A stretch of DNA of 64,000 nt. Source: an uncultured Candidatus Saccharibacteria bacterium (GTDB taxonomy: Bacteria; Patescibacteriota; UBA1384; DTJR01). Under the pieces are notes generated by a model that worked only from the letters and a program-made list of their open reading frames with translations, did not search any database and was not told the origin of the DNA. The translations under genes and the position numbers were made by a program. Numbering within the stretch: position 1 is the first letter of the stretch; each line of letters starts with the position of its first letter. The stretch covers positions 3,241-67,240 of the forward strand of contig CAYYMZ010000002.1 in NCBI GenBank assembly GCA_964473025.1, in the 5' to 3' direction. This document shows, in pieces, positions 28,794-37,381 of this stretch.

Positions 28794-30281
28794 TCAATTC
28801 GTTGGGATGTAAAACGGTTCCTGGGGTCCAGCAGCCGTCCCTCCGCCACCATTGCCTTGGTTTGGTGCAGCTACTGGACCTTGCAGCTGTGGTCCTCCTC
28901 CCGGACCAAACAAACCGCCTCGGGCGAAAAGCTGGAAGGCCAGGAAATTCACCAGGGCATCCATCCAGTTATCCTGTCCGGTCTGTTGCGGAGCCGCTTG
29001 AGGTTGCACCTGTTGCGGAAGCTGGTTTGGTTGAGGTGTCGGGACGTAGCCGGGGAAAACCGGCTTCGTCATAGGCGGGGTGAAGTCGAGACGCTGGTCA
29101 TGCGTGTCGGTAAAGCGTTGGACCAGCAACCCATTGAAGGCCAGGCCAGGCGCCAGAATCCCAACCCTGGTCCCGCCGTTGCCCTCCCAGGGCCGAATGA
29201 GCTCGCGTAGATTGTACGCTACGTTCACCTGCGAAGCTTCAACCTCTGCGGCTGCGAACTCTTTGCGCGTTGAGCCCAGTTCATAAAAGTACGCCATGAC
29301 CTTAGAGCCAAACTTGGTGTCGAGTCCCCTCAAACCAGAAACGATCCGCGGTGTCTGATTGGGATTGACTGCCTCGCCCGGCATCGGGCCATGTGAAATC
29401 CTGGCGTCACTAAACGCCGCGTAACAGCGGCCAGCACGAAGGGCGTTAAGAACTCCTTGGGTTGTTAGTTGCTGGACCCCAACCATCGTGTAACGGCGAA
29501 GCTGTGGGAAATAATCGAGCGGGCCACCTTTATGTGCCACCCAGTACGCTTTCTCTACGGCATCGCCATGGTAATCGGCGCCTGAAACGATGGACTTTCC
29601 AGCCGCAACAGCACGGGCCATTGCCACAGATGGGTTATCCGTTAAGCTATCACCCACGTGGTTGAAGATCTCAACCGCATCCACCATCCACAAGTGCTCG
29701 GTCGGGAACCAATATAACCCGCTGGTTGGATGGTTGGCGACAATGAAGCAGTTGGTACCGCCGTGGAGGCGAAGCTCTGACAGGACTCGCGGGATGTTCT
29801 CCTCGCGGTCAACTCCCACCTCTTGAGAGATAGCGATCGCCGACCGGATGACGGTGGGTTCTGTCGAGTAGAAGCCGATGTGACAGTGTCTGTCCTTGCC
29901 ACAGCCGACCTCGACGCCGTAGAGAATGATAACGTCGGGATTCAGTTTCTCCGTCAGACCAATCTCCTGAAACATGTTGTTGATACCGGTTTGCTTTTGG
30001 AATGCTGGCAAGTAGCTAATGCCGAGCAATCCCAGCTGGGATTTGAGATCGAGTTTGAATTCCCTTGACTCAATCATCTCAGCATGATCTGACAAGCCAA
30101 TAGCTCTAGCTCCAAGGGTCCTTGCCTTCTTGACGTTTATGTCGAGATAGAACTCGCCGTCTGAGAAGTTGGAGTGGCCCATGTGCAGAACGACCGGAAT
30201 CCAGGTGTACTGTTGTGCCCCAATCGGACAAACCAGCAGCACGAGAAGCAGAACAGCGAGACAGACAAGCCAACGTTTCAT
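28794..30281 (-). CDS. Secreted PHP-domain (CehA/McbA-like) metallohydrolase with Q/P/G-rich tail
   Basis: Signal peptide, LHMGHS.FSDG, LSDH, GVEV, NHP, VEIFN, GADYH; visibly GC-richer than flanks. Confidence 0.8.
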   Translation of the reverse strand: MKRWLVCLAVLLLVLLVCPIGAQQYTWIPVVLHMGHSNFSDGEFYLDINVKKARTLGARAIGLSDHAEMIESREFKLDLKSQLGLLGISYLPAFQKQTGINNMFQEIGLTEKLNPDVIILYGVEVGCGKDRHCHIGFYSTEPTVIRSAIAISQEVGVDREENIPRVLSELRLHGGTNCFIVANHPTSGLYWFPTEHLWMVDAVEIFNHVGDSLTDNPSVAMARAVAAGKSIVSGADYHGDAVEKAYWVAHKGGPLDYFPQLRRYTMVGVQQLTTQGVLNALRAGRCYAAFSDARISHGPMPGEAVNPNQTPRIVSGLRGLDTKFGSKVMAYFYELGSTRKEFAAAEVEASQVNVAYNLRELIRPWEGNGGTRVGILAPGLAFNGLLVQRFTDTHDQRLDFTPPMTKPVFPGYVPTPQPNQLPQQVQPQAAPQQTGQDNWMDALVNFLAFQLFARGGLFGPGGGPQLQGPVAAPNQGNGGGGTAAGPQEPFYIPTN

Positions 30282-30428
30282 CCGAACCGCCTCCTTATGA
30301 TTAGCCGAATGGCTTAACTCCTAATTGTCAAGCTCTGTTTACAAAAACAGCGCCCTACCCTAAGACAGATGCGCTATTTTTGTAAGTTTTTTTCAATATC
30401 CCAAGCTGACGGGATAGATAATTCATTA

Positions 30429-31505
30429 TTAATCTAAAAGACGCAGACCGATTCTTCTCGACTCTGGCTGAAGTTCGATAATCTCAAATTTTTTCTTGTC
30501 ACCGGATTGCAGAGCTTTGATTTTTGCCACGTCGCCCGAGGATGAAGATGCGTGCACCAAACCATCCAAACCATCTTGAATTCTGACAAATGCACCGTAG
30601 GCGGTAACCTTGCTAACCTCACCATCTATTTTTTGGCCAACGCGCAATTTCTTCATTTCATCAACCCACGGATCAGGCATAAGCCGTTTGATTGAGAGCG
30701 AGATTTTACCGTTTTCGATTTTGACAATCTTGGCTTTTACTTTTTGCCCAATCTTGAAAAGCTTGTTTAAATCATCGACATGATCCCAAGAAACCTCTGA
30801 AATGTGGATAAGACCTTCGAATGATTGAACGTTGACGAAAATACCAAAGTGGGCAATTCCCGTAATCGTACCTTCAACCTCCTGGCCGATTTCAAATGCA
30901 CTTTCGGCTCCACCCAAAGCTTCATTAGCCGCCATTTTTTCCGAAAAAATCAGCTTTTCTTCTTTTTTGTCTGTAGCAATAATTTTGACGGTGAGAGTTT
31001 CACCAATCAGTCGTTTTAACTTACCTAAAATTTGTGACGGATCGCCGCCATCAACTCGCGGATAATGCTCGGAAGATAACTGGGAAACAGGTAAGAAACC
31101 GGAAATGCCGCCGACCTCGATCATTAAACCGCCGCGGTTGGCATTAACAGCCTTTGCTTCAACCAACGTTCCTTTATCTTTTTTATCATCCAAAGTTTCC
31201 CAAAGGCGATCACGATCGGCACGACGAAAACTCAAAACAACATAACCATCCTTATTCTCCATGGAAACAACATTTGCCCTGGCTTCATCTCCAGGAACTA
31301 ATTCGTTTGTATCAAAAGAAAATTCTTTCTCCGGAACAAAACCATAAGCTAACCCGCCAATATCACACAAGATTTTATGGCTACCTGTTGAGACGATTTT
31401 ACAGGTTACGGTTGCGCCAATATCAAACGGAACCAAAGCTGTGCCCACGCTCTCAACGAGGGAATCCATGTCTGCTGGTTTTGTTTTAGCGGTTTTTGAT
31501 GCCAT
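30429..31505 (-). CDS. rpsA: Ribosomal protein S1 (4 S1 domains)
   Basis: N.GGL, GFLPVSQL, FGIFV...EGLIHISE.SW, YGAFV. Confidence 0.92.
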   Translation of the reverse strand: MASKTAKTKPADMDSLVESVGTALVPFDIGATVTCKIVSTGSHKILCDIGGLAYGFVPEKEFSFDTNELVPGDEARANVVSMENKDGYVVLSFRRADRDRLWETLDDKKDKGTLVEAKAVNANRGGLMIEVGGISGFLPVSQLSSEHYPRVDGGDPSQILGKLKRLIGETLTVKIIATDKKEEKLIFSEKMAANEALGGAESAFEIGQEVEGTITGIAHFGIFVNVQSFEGLIHISEVSWDHVDDLNKLFKIGQKVKAKIVKIENGKISLSIKRLMPDPWVDEMKKLRVGQKIDGEVSKVTAYGAFVRIQDGLDGLVHASSSSGDVAKIKALQSGDKKKFEIIELQPESRRIGLRLLD

Positions 31506-31893
31506 TTTTTTGATACTTTTCCCTTCTCTTGAACTCTCGATATTTATACCATAATGCTGAAACTCTAGCTATACGGTAGTATAACAAAAATAAAAACCAA
31601 ATCAACCATATAATCAGAATTATTAGGAAAAACAACTTTTTAACTTGAAAGCCCGTAAGATATATGGCTAGCAAAAAAACTAAAGTTAATGGTATGTACA
31701 GGAGGAAATCACCGATCCATTTGACAAACCGCCTATAAAAACGCGGGGTTTTCCTCTTTTCAATAAATAACTGCAGGACAATACCGCAAATTGCAATCAA
31801 AGCTAACGCAATTAAGGCAATAATTGCGTTTCGACTGGTTAGATTAATGCTTTCGTTAAGATAAGCAACGCTGAAAATAGTTGAAATCTGCAT
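31486..31893 (-). CDS. Hypothetical membrane protein (3 TM)
   Basis: Hydrophobic ORF ending RREKY, overlaps rpsA start. Confidence 0.7.
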   Translation of the reverse strand: MQISTIFSVAYLNESINLTSRNAIIALIALALIAICGIVLQLFIEKRKTPRFYRRFVKWIGDFLLYIPLTLVFLLAIYLTGFQVKKLFFLIILIIWLIWFLFLLYYRIARVSALWYKYREFKRREKYQKNGIKNR

Positions 31894-31940
31894 TTTAAAA
31901 AATGTGGCTCGCCATTCCGAAGCCCCAAAGGGGCGAAGGA

Positions 31941-32116
31941 TGGTGCCGGGGGACAGAGTCGATCACAAGTCCAAATCTGCTGATTTGGCTCGCGATCCCC
32001 GCTCGGCCCCGTCGGGCCTGCGCGCTCCGCCTCTTGTCGACTGGCTCTCAAGTTATCGGCCAGTCGTCCCCGTCAGTTACAATCCTGTTTTGCTAATGCA
32101 AAACCAGGATTTGAAT
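31941..32116 (-). repeat. tRNA-tail element 1 (host tRNA-Phe)
   Basis: 21-bp direct copy of tRNA 3' end at 31941-31961, conserved core, antisense mimic of the Phe 3' end. Confidence 0.85.
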
Positions 32117-32192
32117 TGGTGCCGGGGGACAGAGTCGGACTGTCCACACCTGGTTTTTCAGACCAGTGCTCTAACCGCTGAGCTACCCCGGC
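32117..32192 (-). tRNA. tRNA-Phe(GAA)
   Basis: ctggt-CT GAA AA-accag, 76 nt, CCA; T-loop TCCGACT. Confidence 0.95.
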
Positions 32193-32310
32193 ATATTAAA
32201 CTTAAAACTAAAAACGAAAAAGTAAAAAGAAAATCAGATATTCAAAATGCAAAATTTATACAGGGAAATAATAGCAAATTAACCTTGAAAATTCAATTTC
32301 CAGTGTATTT

Positions 32311-32341
32311 TGGTGGCCGCTACAGGATTCCGAACCTGTGA
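32311..32341 (-). pseudogene. Orphan tRNA 3' fragment (T-arm + acceptor + CCA)
   Basis: tcacaggttcggaatcctgtagcggccacca, with one extra base in the T-loop; no matching tRNA in window. Confidence 0.7.
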
Positions 32342-32349
32342 ATATTGTT

Positions 32350-32496
32350 TGGTGCGTCCAAGAGGACTCGGTCACAAGTTCGCGCCTGCTGGTGCGCCTC
32401 GCGACCCCGCCTCGCGCCCGTCGGCGCTGCGGCCTTCTCGTCCTCGGCTCCCAAATATTTGTTTGTCCTGGCCCTTCAGGCCCGGCCAAACAAATC
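32350..32496 (-). repeat. tRNA-tail element 2 (host tRNA-Val)
   Basis: 21-bp direct copy at 32350-32370, core ggggtcgcgag..cagcag..cttgtgacc, antisense mimic of the Val 3' end. Confidence 0.88.
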
Positions 32497-32571
32497 TGGT
32501 GCGTCCAAGAGGACTCGAACCTCTAACCCCTTGGATGTAAACCAAGTGCTCTACCGTTGAGCTATGGACGC
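32497..32571 (-). tRNA. tRNA-Val(UAC)
   Basis: cttgg-TT TAC AT-ccaag, TTCGA, CCA. Confidence 0.95.
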
Positions 32572-32616
32572 CCATATCTAAAAATCCCTTAAGTCATACC
32601 GACTGGGAAGCCAAAA

Positions 32617-32868
32617 CTAACTTGCTTTAAAAACTTCGTCGCCTTCGCGGGCTTTGCCGGTCACTTTAATACCGACTTCGTCACCCTTATCCGCTTCCTC
32701 AATTTCGGCGTGCTCAACCTGCATTGAATCAACAGTTTCTTCGATTTCGGTAGTATTCCCCTTAATCTTGACTTTGTCGCCAATTTTAAGCGGCTTTTCC
32801 AATTTAACGATCGCCACCTGTATTTTGTCGAAAAAATGGGTGACTTCGCCTAATTTTTCTTCAGCCAT
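32617..32868 (-). CDS. Small translation-factor-like beta-barrel protein (U32 C-terminal-like)
   Basis: GEVTHFFDKI.VA...L...LKIGD.V.IKG, V.SMQ.EH, GDEVGIK. Confidence 0.85.
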   Translation of the reverse strand: MAEEKLGEVTHFFDKIQVAIVKLEKPLKIGDKVKIKGNTTEIEETVDSMQVEHAEIEEADKGDEVGIKVTGKAREGDEVFKAS

Positions 32869-32968
32869 TGCAATTTGCCAAATTTATTTTTTACGTTCGA
32901 CCGTCTTGGATTATACCTGATCGAGAAGCTTTTTCAAGTAAAAATGGCCACGTTAATGGCCATCTTTC

Positions 32969-33139
32969 TGGTGCCGAGGACAGGACTTGGTCACAAGTCG
33001 GCGCGATTCTAATTTTAAGGAATGCCCCGCTCGCGACCCCGCCTCCTTCACTCGCAAGCTCATTCAGTCCGGCTTTCAAGTCCGTCCATCCCAAATACAT
33101 AAAATCCGCCCCTTGCGGGACGAATTTTATGTCTGGTGC
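32969..33139 (-). repeat. tRNA-tail element 3 (host tRNA-Leu GAG; displaced about 1.06 kb by the dedA segment)
   Basis: 21-bp copy at 32969-32989 identical to 34193-34213; core ggggtcgcgag...cttgtgacc; mimic ttcaagtccgtcc. Confidence 0.82.
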
Positions 33140-33384
33140 AGGATAATTAGAATAGTTCGAACGCATTTCGGCCTCGAAGCGGCTGTAAAAGTCCGAAATT
33201 TCCAAGAGGGACTATGAACTTTGACAGTCGCAGACAAGAGCCATTTCGTGCTCATTTTCCGGTGGCGATCAATATCCAGCCACAAGAGGTGTGAAAAAGA
33301 CAAGTATCAAAATTACGATGGTGATAAAAAACAACTCTCAATTTTTTTCTAATTATTTATCGGTTACCGCGAACTATAAAAAAA

Positions 33385-34095
33385 TCAAACATCATCGTTA
33401 AGATGTTCTTTTTTGAGTGTTTTCTCTATGTCTTTATAAGTCGCATGTTCAAGTTGCTGTTTTGATATTTTGGGTCCGCGTTTGTATTTTACATATTCAA
33501 TAAACATAGGCATTAGCGAAAGAGCGATGATTCCAAAGACAGCGTATTCGAAATTTGCCTTGATCACCGGTAGACCGCCGAAGAAGTATCCGGCAAATGT
33601 AAGAGAGGTCACCCATAAAAATGCTCCCGCAACATTGTAGAGAAGAAAAGTATTGTAATGCATTTTGCCGATACCGGCAACAAAGGGCGCAAAGGTGCGA
33701 ATAATTGGCAAAAATCGGGCGAGGATTATCGTCTTTCCTCCGTATTTGTCATAAAACTCACGCGTCTTTTCCAAGTAGGCCTTGTTGAAAAATCGCGAGT
33801 TTTGTTTAGAAAAAACCCGAGGCCCGACATAATGTCCAATCCAGTAGTTTGCGGTATCACCAAGCACAGCAGCGACCAGCATAATAGTATATATGGTCCA
33901 TATATCTAAGAATCCGCCGCCGGCAAGGGCCCCTACAGCAAATAGCAATGAATCTCCGGGCAAAAACGGTGTTACGACAAGGCCTGTTTCGGCGAAGATG
34001 ATGGCAAATATTATTACATAAGTCCAGCTACCAAAAACCGTGATGATATTACCCAGGTGTTTGTCAATGTGAAATATAAAATCAAAAATTTCCAT
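33385..34095 (-). CDS. dedA: DedA family membrane protein
   Basis: FAETGLVVTPFLPGDSLLF..G, ARFLPIIRTFAPFVAG. Confidence 0.95.
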   Translation of the reverse strand: MEIFDFIFHIDKHLGNIITVFGSWTYVIIFAIIFAETGLVVTPFLPGDSLLFAVGALAGGGFLDIWTIYTIMLVAAVLGDTANYWIGHYVGPRVFSKQNSRFFNKAYLEKTREFYDKYGGKTIILARFLPIIRTFAPFVAGIGKMHYNTFLLYNVAGAFLWVTSLTFAGYFFGGLPVIKANFEYAVFGIIALSLMPMFIEYVKYKRGPKISKQQLEHATYKDIEKTLKKEHLNDDV

Positions 34096-34192
34096 AATAA
34101 ATTCTCATTTAACCTTGTTTTTAAAATAAAATTAGCTGCCAACCAAAACTAGATTTCGCCGTCCTACGTCGCCACATGGTGGCTATGCGATC

Positions 34193-34280
34193 TGGTGCCG
34201 AGGACAGGACTTGAACCTGCACGGGATTGCTCCCACTACCACCTCAAGGTAGCGTGTATACCAAATTTCACCACCTCGGC
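34193..34280 (-). tRNA. tRNA-Leu(GAG)
   Basis: ctacc-TT GAG GT-ggtag, variable arm, TTCAA, CCA. Confidence 0.96.
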
Positions 34281-34320
34281 ACAAAAATGAATTATAAATT
34301 AAAAAAGTGCAAAACTCAAT

Positions 34321-34473
34321 GGGTTTATCTCGTTGGTGCCGAAGGCGAGACTCGGTCACGCATAAAATTCTGCTGAATTTTTGCGCGACCCCGGCTCGGC
34401 ACCGTCGTGCCTGCGCCTTTCGAGTTTTCTCGGGCGCACCAACGAAATCCAAACCCTATCGGGTTTATCTCGT
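34321..34473 (-). repeat. tRNA-tail element 4 (host is the disrupted outer tRNA-Leu)
   Basis: 34-bp direct repeat 34321-34354 = 34461-34494; full core with CGACGG and CAGCAG hairpins. Confidence 0.88.
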
Positions 34474-34526
34474 TGGTGCCGAAGGCGAGACTCGAACTCG
34501 CACGCCCTTGCGGGCACTGGCTCCCT

Positions 34527-34642
34527 TGCCCCGTTAAATGGTGGGCGCGAGAGGAGTCGAACCTCCACGCCGTTGCCGACACATGATCCTGAATCATGCC
34601 TGTATACCAATTTCAGCACGCGCCCAATTTATACGGGGTGAA
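34527..34642. mobile_element. Inverted-repeat-bounded cassette carrying tRNA-Leu(CAG)
   Basis: tgccccgttaaa ... tttatacggggtgaa termini, same type as 57167-57283. Confidence 0.7.
34539..34625 (-). tRNA. tRNA-Leu(CAG) (nested, intact)
   Basis: gggcgcg acceptor stem, catga-TT CAG GA-tcatg, TTCGA, CCA. Confidence 0.95.
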
Positions 34643-34757
34643 CAAGCGTGTATACCCGCCTGCAGAAGCTATCGCTTCAGCGACTGCGTGTATACCAATT
34701 TCACCACTTCGGCACTGATTTTCAAGGAATATTCGCGAGCTCCATCTCGCAAAGCCA

Positions 34758-34815
34758 TGGCCTTGCGGCCACTGGCTCCTGAAGCCAGCGCGTCTACCAA
34801 TTTCGCCACCTGCCC
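34758..34815 (-). pseudogene. 3'-truncated tRNA-Leu(CAG)
   Basis: gggcaggtggcgaaattggtagacgcgctggc-TT CAG GA-gccagtggccgcaaggcc; T-arm and 3' acceptor strand missing. Confidence 0.85.
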
Positions 34816-34829
34816 TTTTTCTCCTTATA

Positions 34830-34858
34830 ACAGTACTATAAACCGAGTACTTTGTCTA
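34830..34858 (-). promoter_or_regulatory. Probable promoter of the tRNA-Leu cluster
   Basis: TAGACA-17 nt-TACTGT just upstream of 34815. Confidence 0.45.
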
Positions 34859-34980
34859 TTCCCGCACCAGAGGGCATTCAACTCTTCATCTAGCGGCAGA
34901 AATACACGATAAAAAGCCCTCGGTGCGGGATTTCGCAAATTATCAAAGCGTAATGCTTAACTGCTGTCGGGAGAACTCAC

Positions 34981-36324
34981 CTAGAACAACTTTTGGTTCA
35001 GGTACCAGTTTAAGATAAAATTAAATCTATCTGTTTCTAAGGCCATGGCTTTAGGAAGTGAAAATCCTTTAACGCGCGCTGCGACCGCATAGGTTCCGTC
35101 AATATTTTTGTATTCAATCGCAACTTTTTCATCATTAACAAGAGATTTGATTTTATCCAATATTTCTTGCCTTTTACCCGCATCGTCAGTAGAGCGATAT
35201 TCCTCGCAAAGGCGGTCAATATCGGCATTGGCTAACTCGGCGAAGTTTTGCCCCGTGCCAGTACGATTATCCGAGTGCCAGAGAAGATATGGATCGTAGG
35301 AGGAACCTTCGTTAATTAAAATATAGAGCATGTCGTAATTGCGCTTGGGTAAATCGGCACTCAAGGCATCTTTAAGCGAAACTTGTCTTACATCGAGCTT
35401 GACTCCCGCTTTAATCAATTTATCCTTGAGCGCTGCGTATTCGCCATCAACCGTTAGACCGTTAACTTCAAGAACACTTAAAGTGTCGATGCTACTTGGT
35501 TTCTCCCCAGACAAAAGTTGGTTGCGGACATTGGTGGCCTTGAGATAAGGTTTTGAGCTGTTGATAAAAAGGGAGTGCTTTTTATTTAAAGTCACCTTCG
35601 CACCTTGCCAACCTTCGGGAACATTATTTAAATCAAAAGAGCCGGTAATGTTACCTTTGTTTGCCGCGTTTTGCAGACCGTCAGCATTATCATATTTTCG
35701 CATCACAAATCTGTCGAAATATGGTCGCTTTAGATGATAGTCGCTGTTTATTTTAAGGCGAATTTCAGTATCTGTTTTTTTATCTACCTTGTAAGGACCA
35801 TACGGAAAAAGAGGAGTGGAAAGTTCGTTTAGAAACTGGCTGTCCGGAGTGGTTAGTTTAAATTCTACGGTCGAGGGATCAATAACCTGTGCCGACGCAC
35901 CAGATGGCAAATAGGTCGGGTTTTTCTGCAAGATATCCGTGATGACATATGAAGAAACCTTTGGAATCAAAGTAAATTTGTAGTCGGATTTATCAGAAGA
36001 CACTTCCCATTTGGCCGCCAAGTCCGGTAAAATATTGCCCTTTTCGTCCGTGCGCACCAATGCAGCTTTAGTTAAACGCCCCAGATCGATAGTATCTAAA
36101 TTATTAGTTAGTACCCCTTCGATGTAGGTCCCGCCGTTTGCCGGCTCGTGCAAGGCGGCTGAGTTTGCCGCAAGTGCCCATCGCCAAGAGGTGGCTAGAA
36201 CCAAAACCAAAAGAATGGCGATCGCGAATTTTTCAACAATTGTAAACGCTGTCCGCCAGTGTTTGAGCGTATAAACAAAATCGTGAATTCTAACGCGCTT
36301 GATATCGCGTAAAGATATTTCCAT
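34981..36324 (-). CDS. ABC transporter substrate-binding protein, family 5-like
   Basis: P..GGTYIEG, PDLA..W.VS.D...Y.F.L, GPYKV, DPY..WHS, N...D.L.E..R. Confidence 0.85.
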   Translation of the reverse strand: MEISLRDIKRVRIHDFVYTLKHWRTAFTIVEKFAIAILLVLVLATSWRWALAANSAALHEPANGGTYIEGVLTNNLDTIDLGRLTKAALVRTDEKGNILPDLAAKWEVSSDKSDYKFTLIPKVSSYVITDILQKNPTYLPSGASAQVIDPSTVEFKLTTPDSQFLNELSTPLFPYGPYKVDKKTDTEIRLKINSDYHLKRPYFDRFVMRKYDNADGLQNAANKGNITGSFDLNNVPEGWQGAKVTLNKKHSLFINSSKPYLKATNVRNQLLSGEKPSSIDTLSVLEVNGLTVDGEYAALKDKLIKAGVKLDVRQVSLKDALSADLPKRNYDMLYILINEGSSYDPYLLWHSDNRTGTGQNFAELANADIDRLCEEYRSTDDAGKRQEILDKIKSLVNDEKVAIEYKNIDGTYAVAARVKGFSLPKAMALETDRFNFILNWYLNQKLF

Positions 36325-36329
36325 TTAAA

Positions 36330-36563
36330 TTAGCCCTGGATTTTCAACCTTAAAAATAGGTGTAATAGAACACTGACAACCAATATCACCGCGAAGGCGA
36401 TAGTGGCGTTAAAAAGAATTTTCTCAATTCCCCTTTTAGAGCGATAAACATTTGACCCGGAGGCAAAAACGCCTCCCAAGCCTGTTCCGCGGTGTTGCAG
36501 AAGCACTGAGGTAATCAGCAAAAATGAGATAAAGAATTCTATCCAAACTAATGCTTTTAACAT
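36330..36563 (-). CDS. secG: Preprotein translocase subunit SecG
   Basis: VLLQ.RG.GLGG.F, R.KRGIEK.LF..T. Confidence 0.92.
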   Translation of the reverse strand: MLKALVWIEFFISFLLITSVLLQHRGTGLGGVFASGSNVYRSKRGIEKILFNATIAFAVILVVSVLLHLFLRLKIQG

Positions 36564-36572
36564 AGCGACACT

Positions 36573-36600
36573 ATATTACAGGACTAAAAAAGCTTGTCAA
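36573..36600 (-). promoter_or_regulatory. Sigma70-type promoter of secG
   Basis: TTGACA-16 nt-TAATAT. Confidence 0.55.
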
Positions 36601-36706
36601 GCCCCAAATCCCCACCTGTTAAACAGGTGGCAAATTAAAAAATGTGCAATAGCTACAGCAAAGTATTATATTTGACCGAACCCATGTGTCATCCTATAAT
36701 AAGATT

Positions 36707-37381
36707 ATGAGAAGAACCGATCATGATGAGGCAATAAGTTTGAGGAAAAAAGGATTCAGTTACAACGCTATTAATAGACGGCTTGGTATACCTAAAAGTA
36801 CCATTTCGAATTGGTTTTCAAAAACCGATTGGTCAAAAAAAATTGAAAACACTCTTTCTGAGAAACAAAAAATGGCTTCTTCCGCAAATGCCAAGAAAAT
36901 GGTGCTACAAAATAAAATTAATTTTAGAAAAAAAATTTCTAGCTTTAGAAATTCGGCAAAAAAAGAATATGAAATATTGAAAAACGATCCATTGTTAAAA
37001 GCAGGATTAATGCTCTATCTCGGGGAGGGCGATAACAAGTTCGACAATTCTTTAGTACGATTATCAAATATCAATCCTAAGATAATCAGTATATTTACAG
37101 TTTTTCTAAAACATGTTTGCAGGATTAATATTGAAAAAATACGGTCGACTATGATCTTATATAAGGATTTGGACGAGAAAGATTGTAAGAAATATTGGAA
37201 TCAATTTTTAGGTTTGCCTATTGAAAATTTCTATAAAACACAATATATTATAGGACGGCATAAGAAGCGAAAATTAAGCTATGGGATTTGCAACATTTCA
37301 GTCAGCGATAGGGAATTGAAAGAAAAGATCTTCGTTTGGACTGAAATGATATGCGAAGAATTAATTAATAAGCGGGTGTAG
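36707..37381 (+). CDS. HTH + LAGLIDADG-like putative endonuclease, tRNA-adjacent
   Basis: A..LRKKG.SY..I...L.IPKSTIS.W; GLMLYLGEGD; SN..P.II..F..FL; stop codon lies inside tRNA-Gly. Confidence 0.72.
   Translation: MRRTDHDEAISLRKKGFSYNAINRRLGIPKSTISNWFSKTDWSKKIENTLSEKQKMASSANAKKMVLQNKINFRKKISSFRNSAKKEYEILKNDPLLKAGLMLYLGEGDNKFDNSLVRLSNINPKIISIFTVFLKHVCRINIEKIRSTMILYKDLDEKDCKKYWNQFLGLPIENFYKTQYIIGRHKKRKLSYGICNISVSDRELKEKIFVWTEMICEELINKRV

Larger units (their letters stand above)
34474..34713 (-). pseudogene. Outer tRNA-Leu disrupted in the anticodon arm (nested tRNA cassette) and D-arm (palindromic insert)
   Basis: 5' half gccgaagtggtgaaattggtatacacgc (34686-34713) and 3' half gagccagtgcccgcaagggcgtgcgagttcgagtctcgccttcggcacca (34474-34523) form a perfect 7-bp acceptor stem. 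Confidence 0.85.

Noticed and set aside
32350-32496. Theta/HDV-like ribozyme downstream of tRNA
   Set aside because: I could not thread the nested double pseudoknot by eye; not called, though a motif search is still needed.
31839-33217. Many short GC-rich ORFs on both strands (e.g. 31904-32341, 32891-33205)
   Set aside because: They are read-throughs of tRNAs and hairpin elements with no protein motifs; only 32617-32868 is accepted.
31941-34494. Direct repeats with spacers as a possible CRISPR array
   Set aside because: The repeats are tRNA 3' ends that differ between units, spacing is 140-1200 bp, and there are no cas genes.
34474-34713. Group I intron in tRNA-Leu
   Set aside because: The insert is a complete tRNA plus short inverted repeats; no room for or sign of a P3-P7 core, and the outer anticodon arm is damaged.
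34183-34912. Overlapping ORFs across the Leu tRNA cluster
   Set aside because: Explained by tRNA genes and relics.
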